From contig JACPEK010000004.1 in assembly GCA_016183535.1 (NCBI GenBank), positions 8,592 through 72,591 of the forward strand: a DNA stretch of 64,000 nucleotides, in the 5' to 3' direction. The DNA comes from Candidatus Brennerbacteria bacterium. GTDB lineage: Bacteria > Patescibacteriota > Minisyncoccia > UBA6257 > GWB1-50-10. Shown one piece after another: positions 44,356 through 53,170 of the stretch. The translations under genes and the position numbers were made by a program. The notes under the pieces are model-generated. The model did no database searches, was not told the DNA's origin, and was given only the letters and a program-made list of their open reading frames with translations. Position 1 is the stretch's first letter. Every line of letters begins with the position of its first letter.

Positions 44356-45488
44356 AACTCGCCTCCTTTTTCCTCGCCAAACGCAGAAATGATCTGCGGA
44401 ATGATGATTTTGATCATTTCTCTAGTTTCCGGAGAGATATTAAGTTTGCTCTCCGTAATCATTTTTGTTACCTTCGAGCGCTCGGTTTGTATAACCTCAA
44501 GCGCCTGTTCGGAAGAGAAATTGTATGGCGGTTTCATAAGTTCTTCCACGAGTTTTTGCACGTGGGAGATTTCAAAACGCTCCGCCTTTCTCTCCTCTTC
44601 CTCTTTCGCCTCCTTCTCGGCGGCTTTCGCGACCTCTCCGAGAACCTTGACGTCTCCGACATTCAAACGCTCGATTTTAACGCCGAGGTCTTTAAGCACA
44701 ATACTGCCGGTGCCAGTGCGAAGTTTTTTGACCTCCTCTCGCCGTGATTTCACCGCGGTTTTGAGATCTTCTTTTTGAGTATCAACGAGTGGGTCGTATA
44801 CCTCATTCACTCGCTTCCAACCGTCTTTCATCCACTCCTCCTCGCTCTTTGAGGTCGGAAGGGTGGGTCGCGGCTCCATGAAATATCCCATCCATATTAC
44901 CGTCGGTACGCTCTGCGCATACGACGGAATTTCCGTAATGGAATTCAAGCCGATCGTCTTTGTGAGCACGCTCGTGGCTTCAAGGCGAGATTTTTGGAGC
45001 TCTTTCCAGTCCTGCGGACCTTCCTCGTCGGAAATGGCCCACTCGCGGACGCGCTCCTCTATCTTTCCGTTCAACTGCGTCTCAATGCCGGCGTGGCCAC
45101 CGTTGTTGAGAAATTCGATAAAATGCTCGTCGAGCGGACGGTAGGTGATGGCGATCGGGATTTCCGAATCCGCCAGGTCGGGTGTTTTTGTCTTTACCAC
45201 AAATTCCTTCGAGATCCTCGTAACCGGCACCAGAACAAAGCCGAACACGAACGGGAAAAAAGGGAAAAAATTCCATCCTTCCTTTAATGTCTTTTTCTGT
45301 CGCGCCCCAAGAAAAGTGAGTACACCTTTCTGCGGCGGCTCATTCGGAATATTCCTCAACCCTTGGAGAAGAAATGATCCCGCGACGGCGACGAAAGCGG
45401 TAATGCCGAGGACCACATGAGAAAAGACAAAAAGAGAGAATAAAAGCACAAAGATAAGAACCAATGCGCTCATAACTGTCCTTTTCAT
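44352..45488 (-). CDS. SPFH/band-7 (stomatin/prohibitin/flotillin-like) domain protein
   Basis: 378 aa with N-terminal TM helices, a PHB/SPFH core (…EGWNFFPFFP…IAITYRP…) and a C-terminal Glu/Lys-rich coiled coil. Confidence 0.7.
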   Translation of the reverse strand: MKRTVMSALVLIFVLLFSLFVFSHVVLGITAFVAVAGSFLLQGLRNIPNEPPQKGVLTFLGARQKKTLKEGWNFFPFFPFVFGFVLVPVTRISKEFVVKTKTPDLADSEIPIAITYRPLDEHFIEFLNNGGHAGIETQLNGKIEERVREWAISDEEGPQDWKELQKSRLEATSVLTKTIGLNSITEIPSYAQSVPTVIWMGYFMEPRPTLPTSKSEEEWMKDGWKRVNEVYDPLVDTQKEDLKTAVKSRREEVKKLRTGTGSIVLKDLGVKIERLNVGDVKVLGEVAKAAEKEAKEEEERKAERFEISHVQKLVEELMKPPYNFSSEQALEVIQTERSKVTKMITESKLNISPETREMIKIIIPQIISAFGEEKGGEL

Positions 45489-45548
45489 TTTTTACCTCAT
45501 TATTTAGTTATTTATCTACTGTTTTAATTCAAGCATAAAAAATTCCAT

Positions 45549-45577
45549 TTGTCAAACTTATCCGCGTATGGAATAAT
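45549..45577 (+). promoter_or_regulatory. Sigma70-like promoter for tRNA-Leu (-35 ttgtca, 17-nt spacer, extended -10 tgg-aataat)
   Basis: Read from the sequence. The -10 box ends about 8 nt before the tRNA 5' end. Confidence 0.45.
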
Positions 45578-45585
45578 GGCCACGG

Positions 45586-45671
45586 GGGCAGGTGGCGAAA
45601 CGGCAGACGCGCGGGTTTTAGGAGCCCGTGGGAGCAATCCCGTGAGAGTTCGACTCTCTCCCTGCCCACCA
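45586..45671 (+). tRNA. tRNA-Leu (anticodon UAG), class II with long variable arm, CCA encoded
   Basis: Acceptor GGGCAGG/CCTGCCC. Anticodon stem CGGGT/GCCCG with loop TTTAGGA. Variable arm GGGA-GCAA-TCCC. T-stem GAGAG/CTCTC. Discriminator A followed by CCA. Confidence 0.85.
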
Positions 45672-45746
45672 GTGGTTGACTTTCAATCCTATTCCGTATT
45701 GCAATGGAGCATAAGGAGCACTTTCAAAATAAAAAAGAGGTAGGCC

Positions 45747-45968
45747 ATGTACCAGTATGAACCGAGGCACGGAACAACCGTGGCAAAAGCCGCGGAAGAA
45801 ATGGTTGCGATCGCGAACAAAACGAACACCGCGGTCGAGGGCGAATTCAACGGCATCATCCTCATTGCGAAACCCGGCGAGGATCCGCAAAAGATAGCGG
45901 ACCTTTACTATGAGCAATATATGAAGCGGGCCAATTCGTTGGCCGCAACGACCTACTATTTGTATTGA
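45747..45968 (+). CDS. Hypothetical small protein (73 aa) between tRNA-Leu and the recombinase gene
   Basis: An RBS-like AAGAGG lies upstream. Confidence 0.4.
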   Translation: MYQYEPRHGTTVAKAAEEMVAIANKTNTAVEGEFNGIILIAKPGEDPQKIADLYYEQYMKRANSLAATTYYLY

Positions 45969-45997
45969 CAAACACCCCCGAAAAATCGGGGGTATTT

Positions 45998-46882
45998 TTA
46001 TCGGCGGCGTCCGTGGAAACTTTTGTGAACTTCCCGCAACTCTTTATTGGTTAAATGCGTGTAAACTTGCGTCGTTGCGATGTTCGCATGGCCCAAAAGC
46101 TCCTGCACCGACCGGAGATCCGCACCGTTTATCAAAAGATCGGTGGCGAAGGAGTGGCGAAGGAGGTGGGGATGTATTTTTTTGCCGCCGATGCCCGCTT
46201 TTCGCGCGTGAAAATCCACCAAGCGCTCAACCGCGCGCGGCGTGATCGGCCCGAGCGTCTTTCCTGCGCGGTCGAGGCTCACGAAGAGCGCTTCTTCTGT
46301 GTCTTGGCGTTTGTCCATATATTCCTTGAGCGCGCGCTTCGCCCCCTCGGAAAGGAACACCACGCGCACCTTTTCGCCCTTTCCCCGCACCGAAAATTCT
46401 CCGCGCGAGAGATCGAGCGTGCGCGGGAGCTTGCAGAGTTCCGAGAGTCGCAGACCGGTCGAGAAAAACACCTCAAGAATGGCGCGATCGCGGAGCGCGC
46501 GGAGGCCGGTCCCTTGGGGCGAGGCGAGGAGCCGCTCAAGTTCGCCGTACGAGAGTGTTTCAATGTCGCGGCGCACAACTTTCGGGAGTTCAATGGTCTC
46601 GGGCGGTAAGACCCCGATGCCGCGACGGACGAGATATTTCAAAAAATTGCGGAGTGCGATCACATAGTAACCTTGTGTCGCTTTTTTAAGATCGCGGCGA
46701 GCAAGGGAAAGACGAAACTTCCGCACCGCGTCTGCCGTGATGGCGCGCGGCGTCTTAACGCCCGTTTCTTTTAAGAATGCCGCGAGATAGCGTCCATAAT
46801 TTTCCTGCGTTTTCCGCGCGCGCCCGCGCTCAATCTCGAGATAGTCGAGGTATTCCTTCGTCAATTTTTCGAGTTCGGTCAT
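45998..46882 (-). CDS. Tyrosine site-specific recombinase, XerC/XerD family
   Basis: N-terminal SAM-like domain (YLDYLEIERG…). The catalytic R…K…HLLRHSFAT…R…Y(THL) residues are present. The start is probably MTELEKLTKEY; the track begins at 46918. Confidence 0.85.
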   Translation of the reverse strand: MTELEKLTKEYLDYLEIERGRARKTQENYGRYLAAFLKETGVKTPRAITADAVRKFRLSLARRDLKKATQGYYVIALRNFLKYLVRRGIGVLPPETIELPKVVRRDIETLSYGELERLLASPQGTGLRALRDRAILEVFFSTGLRLSELCKLPRTLDLSRGEFSVRGKGEKVRVVFLSEGAKRALKEYMDKRQDTEEALFVSLDRAGKTLGPITPRAVERLVDFHARKAGIGGKKIHPHLLRHSFATDLLINGADLRSVQELLGHANIATTQVYTHLTNKELREVHKSFHGRRR

Positions 46883-47015
46883 ATCATTATCATAACCCAC
46901 CCGTCGGAAAACGAGCACTCCGGATTCTACTCATCATTTCTCGTCATCGGCAAAAGCGGTTAATAAAATAACGAGCGGCGGCAGTGTAAAATCGCGCGAA
47001 AATACACGAGGAAAA

Positions 47016-47044
47016 TTGACAAATAAGTAAAACCCCGCTAGAAT
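47016..47044 (+). promoter_or_regulatory. Strong sigma70-like promoter for rpsO (-35 TTGACA, 17-nt spacer, -10 TAGAAT); predicts a leaderless or near-leaderless rpsO mRNA
   Basis: ttgaca-aataagtaaaaccccgc-tagaat. The -10 box ends 8 nt before the rpsO ATG. Confidence 0.55.
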
Positions 47045-47052
47045 GCTTCGCA

Positions 47053-47316
47053 ATGCTCACCAAGAGACAAAAACAAGGCGCTATTAAGGACTTCTCAACG
47101 CACGAGCGGGACACCGGATCGGCCGAGGTACAGGTCGCGCTCCTCACGCGCCAGATCAAGGCGCTCGCCGATCATCTGAAGAAGCACCCGAAAGACCACC
47201 ACTCGCGGCGGGGACTCCTCATGATGGTGGGAAAGCGGCGCAAGTTCCTCGCGTATGTGAAACGCGAGAACGAGCCCACCTACGCGAAGCTCGTGAAAAA
47301 ACTCGAGCTCGGATAA
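47053..47316 (+). CDS. rpsO: 30S ribosomal protein S15
   Basis: 87 aa with conserved …HERDTGS…Q.A.LT..I..L..HLK.HKKD.HS.RGLL…. Confidence 0.97.
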   Translation: MLTKRQKQGAIKDFSTHERDTGSAEVQVALLTRQIKALADHLKKHPKDHHSRRGLLMMVGKRRKFLAYVKRENEPTYAKLVKKLELG

Positions 47317-47323
47317 CATCAGT

Positions 47324-47857
47324 ATGACCGTTCCTTATTCAGATCAGCGGGCGGCGATCTTCGTTGACATTCAAAACGTTTACCACTCCGCGAAAAATCT
47401 CCATCACGCGCGGGTAAATTTCAAAGAGCTTCTCCGTACCGCCGTGGGAAACCGCCCGCTCGTCCGCGCGTTCGCTTACGTCGTGAAGAGCGACACCGCG
47501 CTCGGAGAAGATTCGTTCTTCGAGGCCTTGCGACAGACGGGTTTCGAGCTTCGCCTCAAAGATCTCCAAATTTATCCCGACGGCACAAAGAAAGCCGACT
47601 GGGACATCGGGATGGCGATCGACGCGGTGCGCCTTGCGCCAAGCGTGGACGCGGTAATCCTCGTCACCGGCGATGGAGATTTTGTGCCGCTTGTCGAATA
47701 TCTGCGGTGGGGACTCGGCAAGCAAGTTGAAGCGGTCGCCTTCCGGCGCAGTGCGTCCACAAAACTCAAAGAAGCCGTGGATCGGTTCGTTGATATCGAA
47801 ACCATCCCCCGTATTTTGTTGAAGATTCGGGAACGGAGAGAAAAGAAAGACGACTAG
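47324..47857 (+). CDS. NYN-domain (LabA/PIN-like) predicted ribonuclease
   Basis: IFVDIQN…D…VILVTGDGDFVPLV shows the NYN/LabA signature acidic residues. It is located between rpsO and pnp. Confidence 0.65.
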   Translation: MTVPYSDQRAAIFVDIQNVYHSAKNLHHARVNFKELLRTAVGNRPLVRAFAYVVKSDTALGEDSFFEALRQTGFELRLKDLQIYPDGTKKADWDIGMAIDAVRLAPSVDAVILVTGDGDFVPLVEYLRWGLGKQVEAVAFRRSASTKLKEAVDRFVDIETIPRILLKIRERREKKDD

Positions 47858-47882
47858 CACAATTATTTATCAAAACTTAACC

Positions 47883-49931
47883 ATGCAACTCAACAGAAAA
47901 AAATTCGCGACGAAATTAGACGGGGATGAAGTAACACTCGAGATATCCGAACTCGCGGGCCAGGCGAACGGCGCGGTGATCGGGCATCACGGCGATACCG
48001 TGGTCTTGGCCACCGTCGTCATGGGAAACAAAGAAACCTCGACCGATTATTTCCCTCTCACGGTGGACTACGAGGAGCGCTTCTACGCGGCGGGAAAAAT
48101 TCTCGGGAGCCGCTTCGTGCGGCGCGAAGGAAAGGCGTCCGACGAAGCCACGCTCTCCGCGCGCCTCATTGACCGCACCATCCGCCCTCTTTTCGATCCG
48201 CGGCTCCGGCGCGAAGTGCAAGTCACGATCACCGTTCTCTCGTACGACGAGCTTCACGATCCCGACGCGGTGGCGCTCCTCGCCGCTTCCGCGGCGCTCG
48301 CGATCTCCGACATTCCGTGGAATGGCCCGGTGGCGGGCGTGCCGTTCGTCGAAAAAAATGATGATGGTTCGCTTCGCTCTCACGCGTTTTTCGCCGGCCC
48401 TAAAGGGAAGGTGAATATGATTGAGCTTGAAGGTGTCGAGATCGCGGAAGAAAAAGCGACGGAGCTTTTCATGGAAGGACAGCGCGTGATCGATGAATTG
48501 GTCTCCTTTCAGGAACGGATCGCGAAAGAAATCGGGAAAACCAAAATAGAAATATCCTTCCGCGCGCGCGACGAGGAAACCGTCCGTGTGGCGCGCGAAT
48601 TTTTGAAAAGAGAATTGCCGGCGGCGGTAAAGGAAAAAAGACTCGAGGAGGTGCGCGCGGCGCTTGTTACTGCGCTCGCAACGAACGAAGCAACCGCGGC
48701 GCATGCCGGAAGCGCGGATGAGATCTTCGAGGAGGCGGTGGACGCTTACGTGCGAGAGGAAGTGATGGCGAGAAACGAACGCCCCGACAGCAGGAAGCTC
48801 GACGAGGTGCGCGATCTCTACGCCGAAGTGGGACTTCTGCGGCGCACGCACGGCTCCGCGCTCTTCATGCGCGGTAACACCCAAGTGCTCGCCGTCACAA
48901 CCCTCGCGAGTCCCGGCGCCGAACAGCTCATCGAAACCATGGAGACGCAAGGGAAACAGCGTTTCATGCTCCACTACAATTTTCCGGGATTCTCGACCGG
49001 CGAGGCAAAACGCGCGCGCGGCCCGGGACGCCGCGAGATCGGGCACGGCAACCTTGCCGCGAAAGCGGTGCGGAACCTCATTCCCTCAAAATCGGAATTT
49101 CCCTACACCATCCGCGTGGTCGCGGAAACACTCTCCTCGAACGGATCGTCTTCCATGGCGACCGCCTGCGCGACGATCCTCGCACTCATGGATGCGGGCG
49201 TACCCGTTAAAAAACACGTGGCGGGAATCGCGATGGGACTCATGACCGACGACAAGGGCAACTTCAAGATTCTCACCGACATCCAGGGGCCGGAGGATCA
49301 CTATGGCGACATGGATCTGAAAGTCGCGGGCACCGCGGATGGAGTGACGGCGATTCAAATGGACACGAAAATCGAGGGGATCACGGACACTATCTTCAAA
49401 GCGGCGCTCGCCGATGCGAAACAGGCGCGGCTTCATATTTTGAAAACAGTCCGCGCGGCGCTCGCCGCTCCACGTCCAGAACTTTCTTCTTACGCGCCGC
49501 GCATCCTCACGCTCACCATACCAGAAGAAAAAATAGGACTCGTCATCGGCCCCGGCGGGAAAACCATCAACGGGATGGTGGAAGCCGCGGGAGGCGACGT
49601 TGAAATCACCGTCGAAGACGACGGGAGCGTATTCATCGCGAGCGTGAACGCCGCGCACGCAAAAACAGCGTACGAAATGGTGGCGAATCTCACGAAAGAA
49701 TATAAATTGGGGGATGTGGTGGAGGGGCCCATTATTAAAATCCTCGAGTTCGGCGCGATTGTGGACTTAGGCGGCGGGCGCGATGGCATGATCCACGTTT
49801 CGGAACTTCGTGATGGATTTGTGCCGCGCGTCGAAGATGTCGTACGCGTCGGCGACCACGTACGGGCGGCAGTGGTGCGCGTGGAAGACGGACGTATCGC
49901 GCTTTCCTTGAAACGACTGAAGGAACAATAA
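47883..49931 (+). CDS. pnp: Polyribonucleotide nucleotidyltransferase (PNPase)
   Basis: Two RNase PH domains plus KH and S1 domains. 682 aa. Confidence 0.97.
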   Translation: MQLNRKKFATKLDGDEVTLEISELAGQANGAVIGHHGDTVVLATVVMGNKETSTDYFPLTVDYEERFYAAGKILGSRFVRREGKASDEATLSARLIDRTIRPLFDPRLRREVQVTITVLSYDELHDPDAVALLAASAALAISDIPWNGPVAGVPFVEKNDDGSLRSHAFFAGPKGKVNMIELEGVEIAEEKATELFMEGQRVIDELVSFQERIAKEIGKTKIEISFRARDEETVRVAREFLKRELPAAVKEKRLEEVRAALVTALATNEATAAHAGSADEIFEEAVDAYVREEVMARNERPDSRKLDEVRDLYAEVGLLRRTHGSALFMRGNTQVLAVTTLASPGAEQLIETMETQGKQRFMLHYNFPGFSTGEAKRARGPGRREIGHGNLAAKAVRNLIPSKSEFPYTIRVVAETLSSNGSSSMATACATILALMDAGVPVKKHVAGIAMGLMTDDKGNFKILTDIQGPEDHYGDMDLKVAGTADGVTAIQMDTKIEGITDTIFKAALADAKQARLHILKTVRAALAAPRPELSSYAPRILTLTIPEEKIGLVIGPGGKTINGMVEAAGGDVEITVEDDGSVFIASVNAAHAKTAYEMVANLTKEYKLGDVVEGPIIKILEFGAIVDLGGGRDGMIHVSELRDGFVPRVEDVVRVGDHVRAAVVRVEDGRIALSLKRLKEQ

Positions 49932-49989
49932 CGATCCGGAGGGTTTTCCACAGGAACCCGCGAGCCAAAGCATGCTATAATCCCTCCAT

Positions 49990-51099
49990 ATGGAAGGGTC
50001 TACGTTTTCCCAAAAAATAGGCGCCGGCGAAGGAGAATCGCCGCTCGGCGCTCCTCGTCCGCAAGTTGAACCGCGCCCGATACCGCCTCCTCCGTCGCTT
50101 GAAACGCGCACGTTCGCTTCCGATCTCGATTCCATCAGGACGAGTGGCGGAAGCGAACCCACGCCCTACACGCCCGCCGCAACGACGCCTCCAAAACCTG
50201 CCGCAATCCCGATCGCCGAAGCGGCGCCACTCGGCGCACACCTTCCGGTGCCGCCCGCATCCGCCGACCCCTCTTTCTCGTCGCCCACCCTCCCTCCATC
50301 AGCGACGGGCGGCGGAAAAAGAGTTTTCGTCGCGATCCTTTCGTTCCTTATCGTGATTGGGCTCGGTGCGGTGGGATATTTCTTCATCTATCCGCTCTTT
50401 ACCGCCGAGGAAGAAGCGCCCGTCACCGTTACGCCCACACCTTCGGCTCCCGCCCTCCCCGAAGAAATTTTTTCCGACGAAGTGGCGGAGGTCCCGGCGC
50501 TAGAAGCCCCTGCCGCAGATCCATGGAGTGGAGTTTTGACTCTCTCTTCTCATCGCTCCATTTTTCAAATTATCCCCGACACCACAACGGAACTCATTCT
50601 CGCCGAGCCGGCACTTGCCGCCGTAAAATCATCGGTTCCGTCCGGCGCGGTCGCAACGCCTCTCTTGAGTGAAACGGTGTTTAAAACCCCGTCCGGAGGT
50701 TTTGTTCCTCTCTCCGTCATCGCTTCGCTCATCGCGCCAACCTTTTTTACTCCCGAGCGCCTCGCCGCGTTCAACGATGACGCCGCATATTACACCTACG
50801 CGGCGCCGAACGGCACGTGGTTCGGAGTGGCCATGCCCCTCAAAGCGGATGTGCCTATAGGGCCCGTGCAAGATGGCATGAGCGCCCTTCAGGCAGATCC
50901 AAATCTTTTGAATTTCTTCCTTGAAAACCCGGGGGAGAAGGGAGTGTGGGCCGATGGGCGCGTGCGCGGCAAGCCAGCCTCCCAAGTATCTTTCTCCGCA
51001 CCCGACGCTGTTTTCTCCTACGTTTGGATGGGGAGAACGCTTCTCCTCTCGACCAACCTCACCGGCGCGGAAGAAGCCGCTCGGCGTCTCGGTTTCTAA
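49990..51099 (+). CDS. Proline-rich membrane-anchored protein, unknown function
   Basis: 369 aa with a Pro/Ala/Ser-rich N-terminal region, one TM helix (FVAILSFLIVIGLGAVGYFFIYPLF) and an extracytoplasmic C-terminal domain. Confidence 0.5.
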   Translation: MEGSTFSQKIGAGEGESPLGAPRPQVEPRPIPPPPSLETRTFASDLDSIRTSGGSEPTPYTPAATTPPKPAAIPIAEAAPLGAHLPVPPASADPSFSSPTLPPSATGGGKRVFVAILSFLIVIGLGAVGYFFIYPLFTAEEEAPVTVTPTPSAPALPEEIFSDEVAEVPALEAPAADPWSGVLTLSSHRSIFQIIPDTTTELILAEPALAAVKSSVPSGAVATPLLSETVFKTPSGGFVPLSVIASLIAPTFFTPERLAAFNDDAAYYTYAAPNGTWFGVAMPLKADVPIGPVQDGMSALQADPNLLNFFLENPGEKGVWADGRVRGKPASQVSFSAPDAVFSYVWMGRTLLLSTNLTGAEEAARRLGF

Positions 51100-51186
51100 A
51101 ACAACCGCCCGCATTTCCGCTAATTCTAATTGGCCCCCGCGGGCTTGCGTGATTGACTTATCCCGCAAACGAATTATTTTAAACGC

Positions 51187-51519
51187 ATGAAACAAGACGA
51201 AAAGAAACAGCTCGAGAAAAAACTGCAGGAAGAAGAAAAAAAACTCGAAGGCGAACTCGAAGATTTCAAAAAAAATCTTGATTTCGGAAGTGAAACCGAT
51301 CACCTTGAAGAGGAAGCGGACGAAACCGAGGAATTCGGGGCGTGGATAGGAGTGAAACGAATCCTCGGACGTGAACTCGCGCGGGTGCGTCGCGCCCTTG
51401 GAAAAATCCATCTCGGCGCCTACGGCGTCTGCGAATCCTGCGGAAAAGAAATCGAGCTTGAGCTTCTTGAAGCGAATCCCGCATCCACGCTCTGTGTGAG
51501 CTGTAAGGCAAAAAAGTAA
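51187..51519 (+). CDS. DksA/TraR-family C4-type zinc-finger protein
   Basis: A coiled-coil N-terminus and C-terminal CESCGKEI…CVSC. A ttgact…tatttt promoter-like sequence lies upstream. Confidence 0.8.
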   Translation: MKQDEKKQLEKKLQEEEKKLEGELEDFKKNLDFGSETDHLEEEADETEEFGAWIGVKRILGRELARVRRALGKIHLGAYGVCESCGKEIELELLEANPASTLCVSCKAKK

Positions 51520-51556
51520 ATCTCGCAAGTCCCGCGTGGAGTGTTTATAAATATAA

Positions 51557-53098
51557 ATGAATCCCGTTCCCAAGCTTTTTTCGGTGGGACTCGAGGGCAT
51601 TGAAGCCGAACTTGTCGAGGTGGAGGCCGACTTAAATGTCGGCCTCCATTCGTTTACAATCGTCGGTCTCGCCGACAAAGCAATCGCCGAATCGAAAGAG
51701 CGGGTGAATTCTTCCCTCAAACACATCGGGGTGAGGCCGCCGACGCGCGAAAATCGGCGCATCACCGTAAACCTCGCCCCGGCCGACGTAAAAAAAATCG
51801 GATCGCATTTTGATCTCCCTATCGCACTCGCTTATCTCCTCGCCTCCGGACAACTCAAACCATTTGAGAGCGCGGAAAAACTTTTCGCGGGCGAACTCTC
51901 ACTCGACGGCACACTCCGCCCCGTCTCGGGAATTTTGAACGCCGCGCTCTTCGCCCGCACGCGCGGATTCATGGAATTTTTTGTCCCCCGCGAAAACGCC
52001 GATGAGGCCGCGGCGATCCCGCAGGTGCGCGTGTTTCCCGTCTCACATCTACGTGAACTCGTCGCTCACCTTGAAGGAACCACACTCATTGCCGCACATC
52101 CGCCTGTGCCGCTTTCCGCGCAACCGACGCCGAGCCGCGCCGCGTTCTCCGACATTCGCGGACAGGAAGCCGCAAAACGCGCCCTCCTCGTCGCGGCGGC
52201 CGGCGGACATAACGTCCTGCTCGCGGGGCCGCCGGGAACGGGAAAAACAATGCTCGCCGAGGCGTTCGCCGGCATCCTCCCGCTCCCCGCGGGGGAGGAG
52301 ATGCTCGAGATTACACGCGTGTGGAGCGCCGCGGGGCTCACCGCGAAGAATCCGATCGTGAACTTCCGACCGTTCCGCGCACCCCACCACAGCGCCTCCG
52401 CGGTCGCCATCCTCGGTGGCGGAACCAATCCGCACCCCGGAGAGGTTTCGCTCGCCCACCGTGGCGTGATGTTCCTCGATGAGTTCCCCGAATTCCATCG
52501 CGACGTACTTGAGGGACTCCGCCAACCTTTGGAGAGCGGAGAGGTGCTCGTCGCGCGCGCAAAAAAAACCATCGCGTTTCCGGCCAGGTTCACGCTCATC
52601 GCCGCGATGAACCCGTGCCCCTGCGGATACTTCGAAGATTCCGCCCACGAGTGCCGTTGCACCGCCGCAGAGGTGTTCCGCTACCAACGAAAGGTGTCGG
52701 GTCCGCTCCTCGACCGGATCGACATTCAACTCCATGTGCCTCGCATTAAAACCGATGAGCTTCTCGCGGATCGTCCCGCCGCCGGCGCGGCGGGGGACGA
52801 GAAAATTCGCGCGCGGGTGCGCGAGGCGCGCGCGCGGCAAGAAGAGCGTTTTAAAAATCACGCGCGCACCGTCTTCGCAAACGGGGAAATGACTTCGCGG
52901 GAGGTTGAGGAGCTCATCACGCTCGATGCCGAGGCGGACGCACTCTTGAAACGGGCGCTTGATCGCGCGCTTCTCTCGCCCCGCGGGTACTATCGCACCC
53001 TCAAGGTCGCGCGCACTGTCGCAGACCTCGACCGCGCCGAGCGCGTGTCGGCACCTCACCTCGCGGAAGCGCTTCAGTATCGGGTCAAGCAAGAGTAG
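51557..53098 (+). CDS. comM: Mg-chelatase-like AAA+ protein ComM/YifB
   Basis: N-terminal Lon-like domain, Walker A GPPGTGKT and a C-terminal ChlI-like domain. 513 aa. Confidence 0.9.
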   Translation: MNPVPKLFSVGLEGIEAELVEVEADLNVGLHSFTIVGLADKAIAESKERVNSSLKHIGVRPPTRENRRITVNLAPADVKKIGSHFDLPIALAYLLASGQLKPFESAEKLFAGELSLDGTLRPVSGILNAALFARTRGFMEFFVPRENADEAAAIPQVRVFPVSHLRELVAHLEGTTLIAAHPPVPLSAQPTPSRAAFSDIRGQEAAKRALLVAAAGGHNVLLAGPPGTGKTMLAEAFAGILPLPAGEEMLEITRVWSAAGLTAKNPIVNFRPFRAPHHSASAVAILGGGTNPHPGEVSLAHRGVMFLDEFPEFHRDVLEGLRQPLESGEVLVARAKKTIAFPARFTLIAAMNPCPCGYFEDSAHECRCTAAEVFRYQRKVSGPLLDRIDIQLHVPRIKTDELLADRPAAGAAGDEKIRARVREARARQEERFKNHARTVFANGEMTSREVEELITLDAEADALLKRALDRALLSPRGYYRTLKVARTVADLDRAERVSAPHLAEALQYRVKQE

Positions 53099-53170
53099 GA
53101 ATTTAGTTTATTAGTTACGCTTCGTTTTAGTTGGTCAGTTAAAACTAATCAATTATTCAACTAATTCATA

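Noticed and set aside
45998-46918. Recombinase as a marker of an integrated mobile element extending downstream
   Set aside because: The downstream genes are core rpsO-pnp, and the protein has full XerC/XerD-like N- and C-terminal domains. It is more likely the housekeeping dimer-resolution recombinase. The tRNA adjacency is kept as a low-interest finding only.
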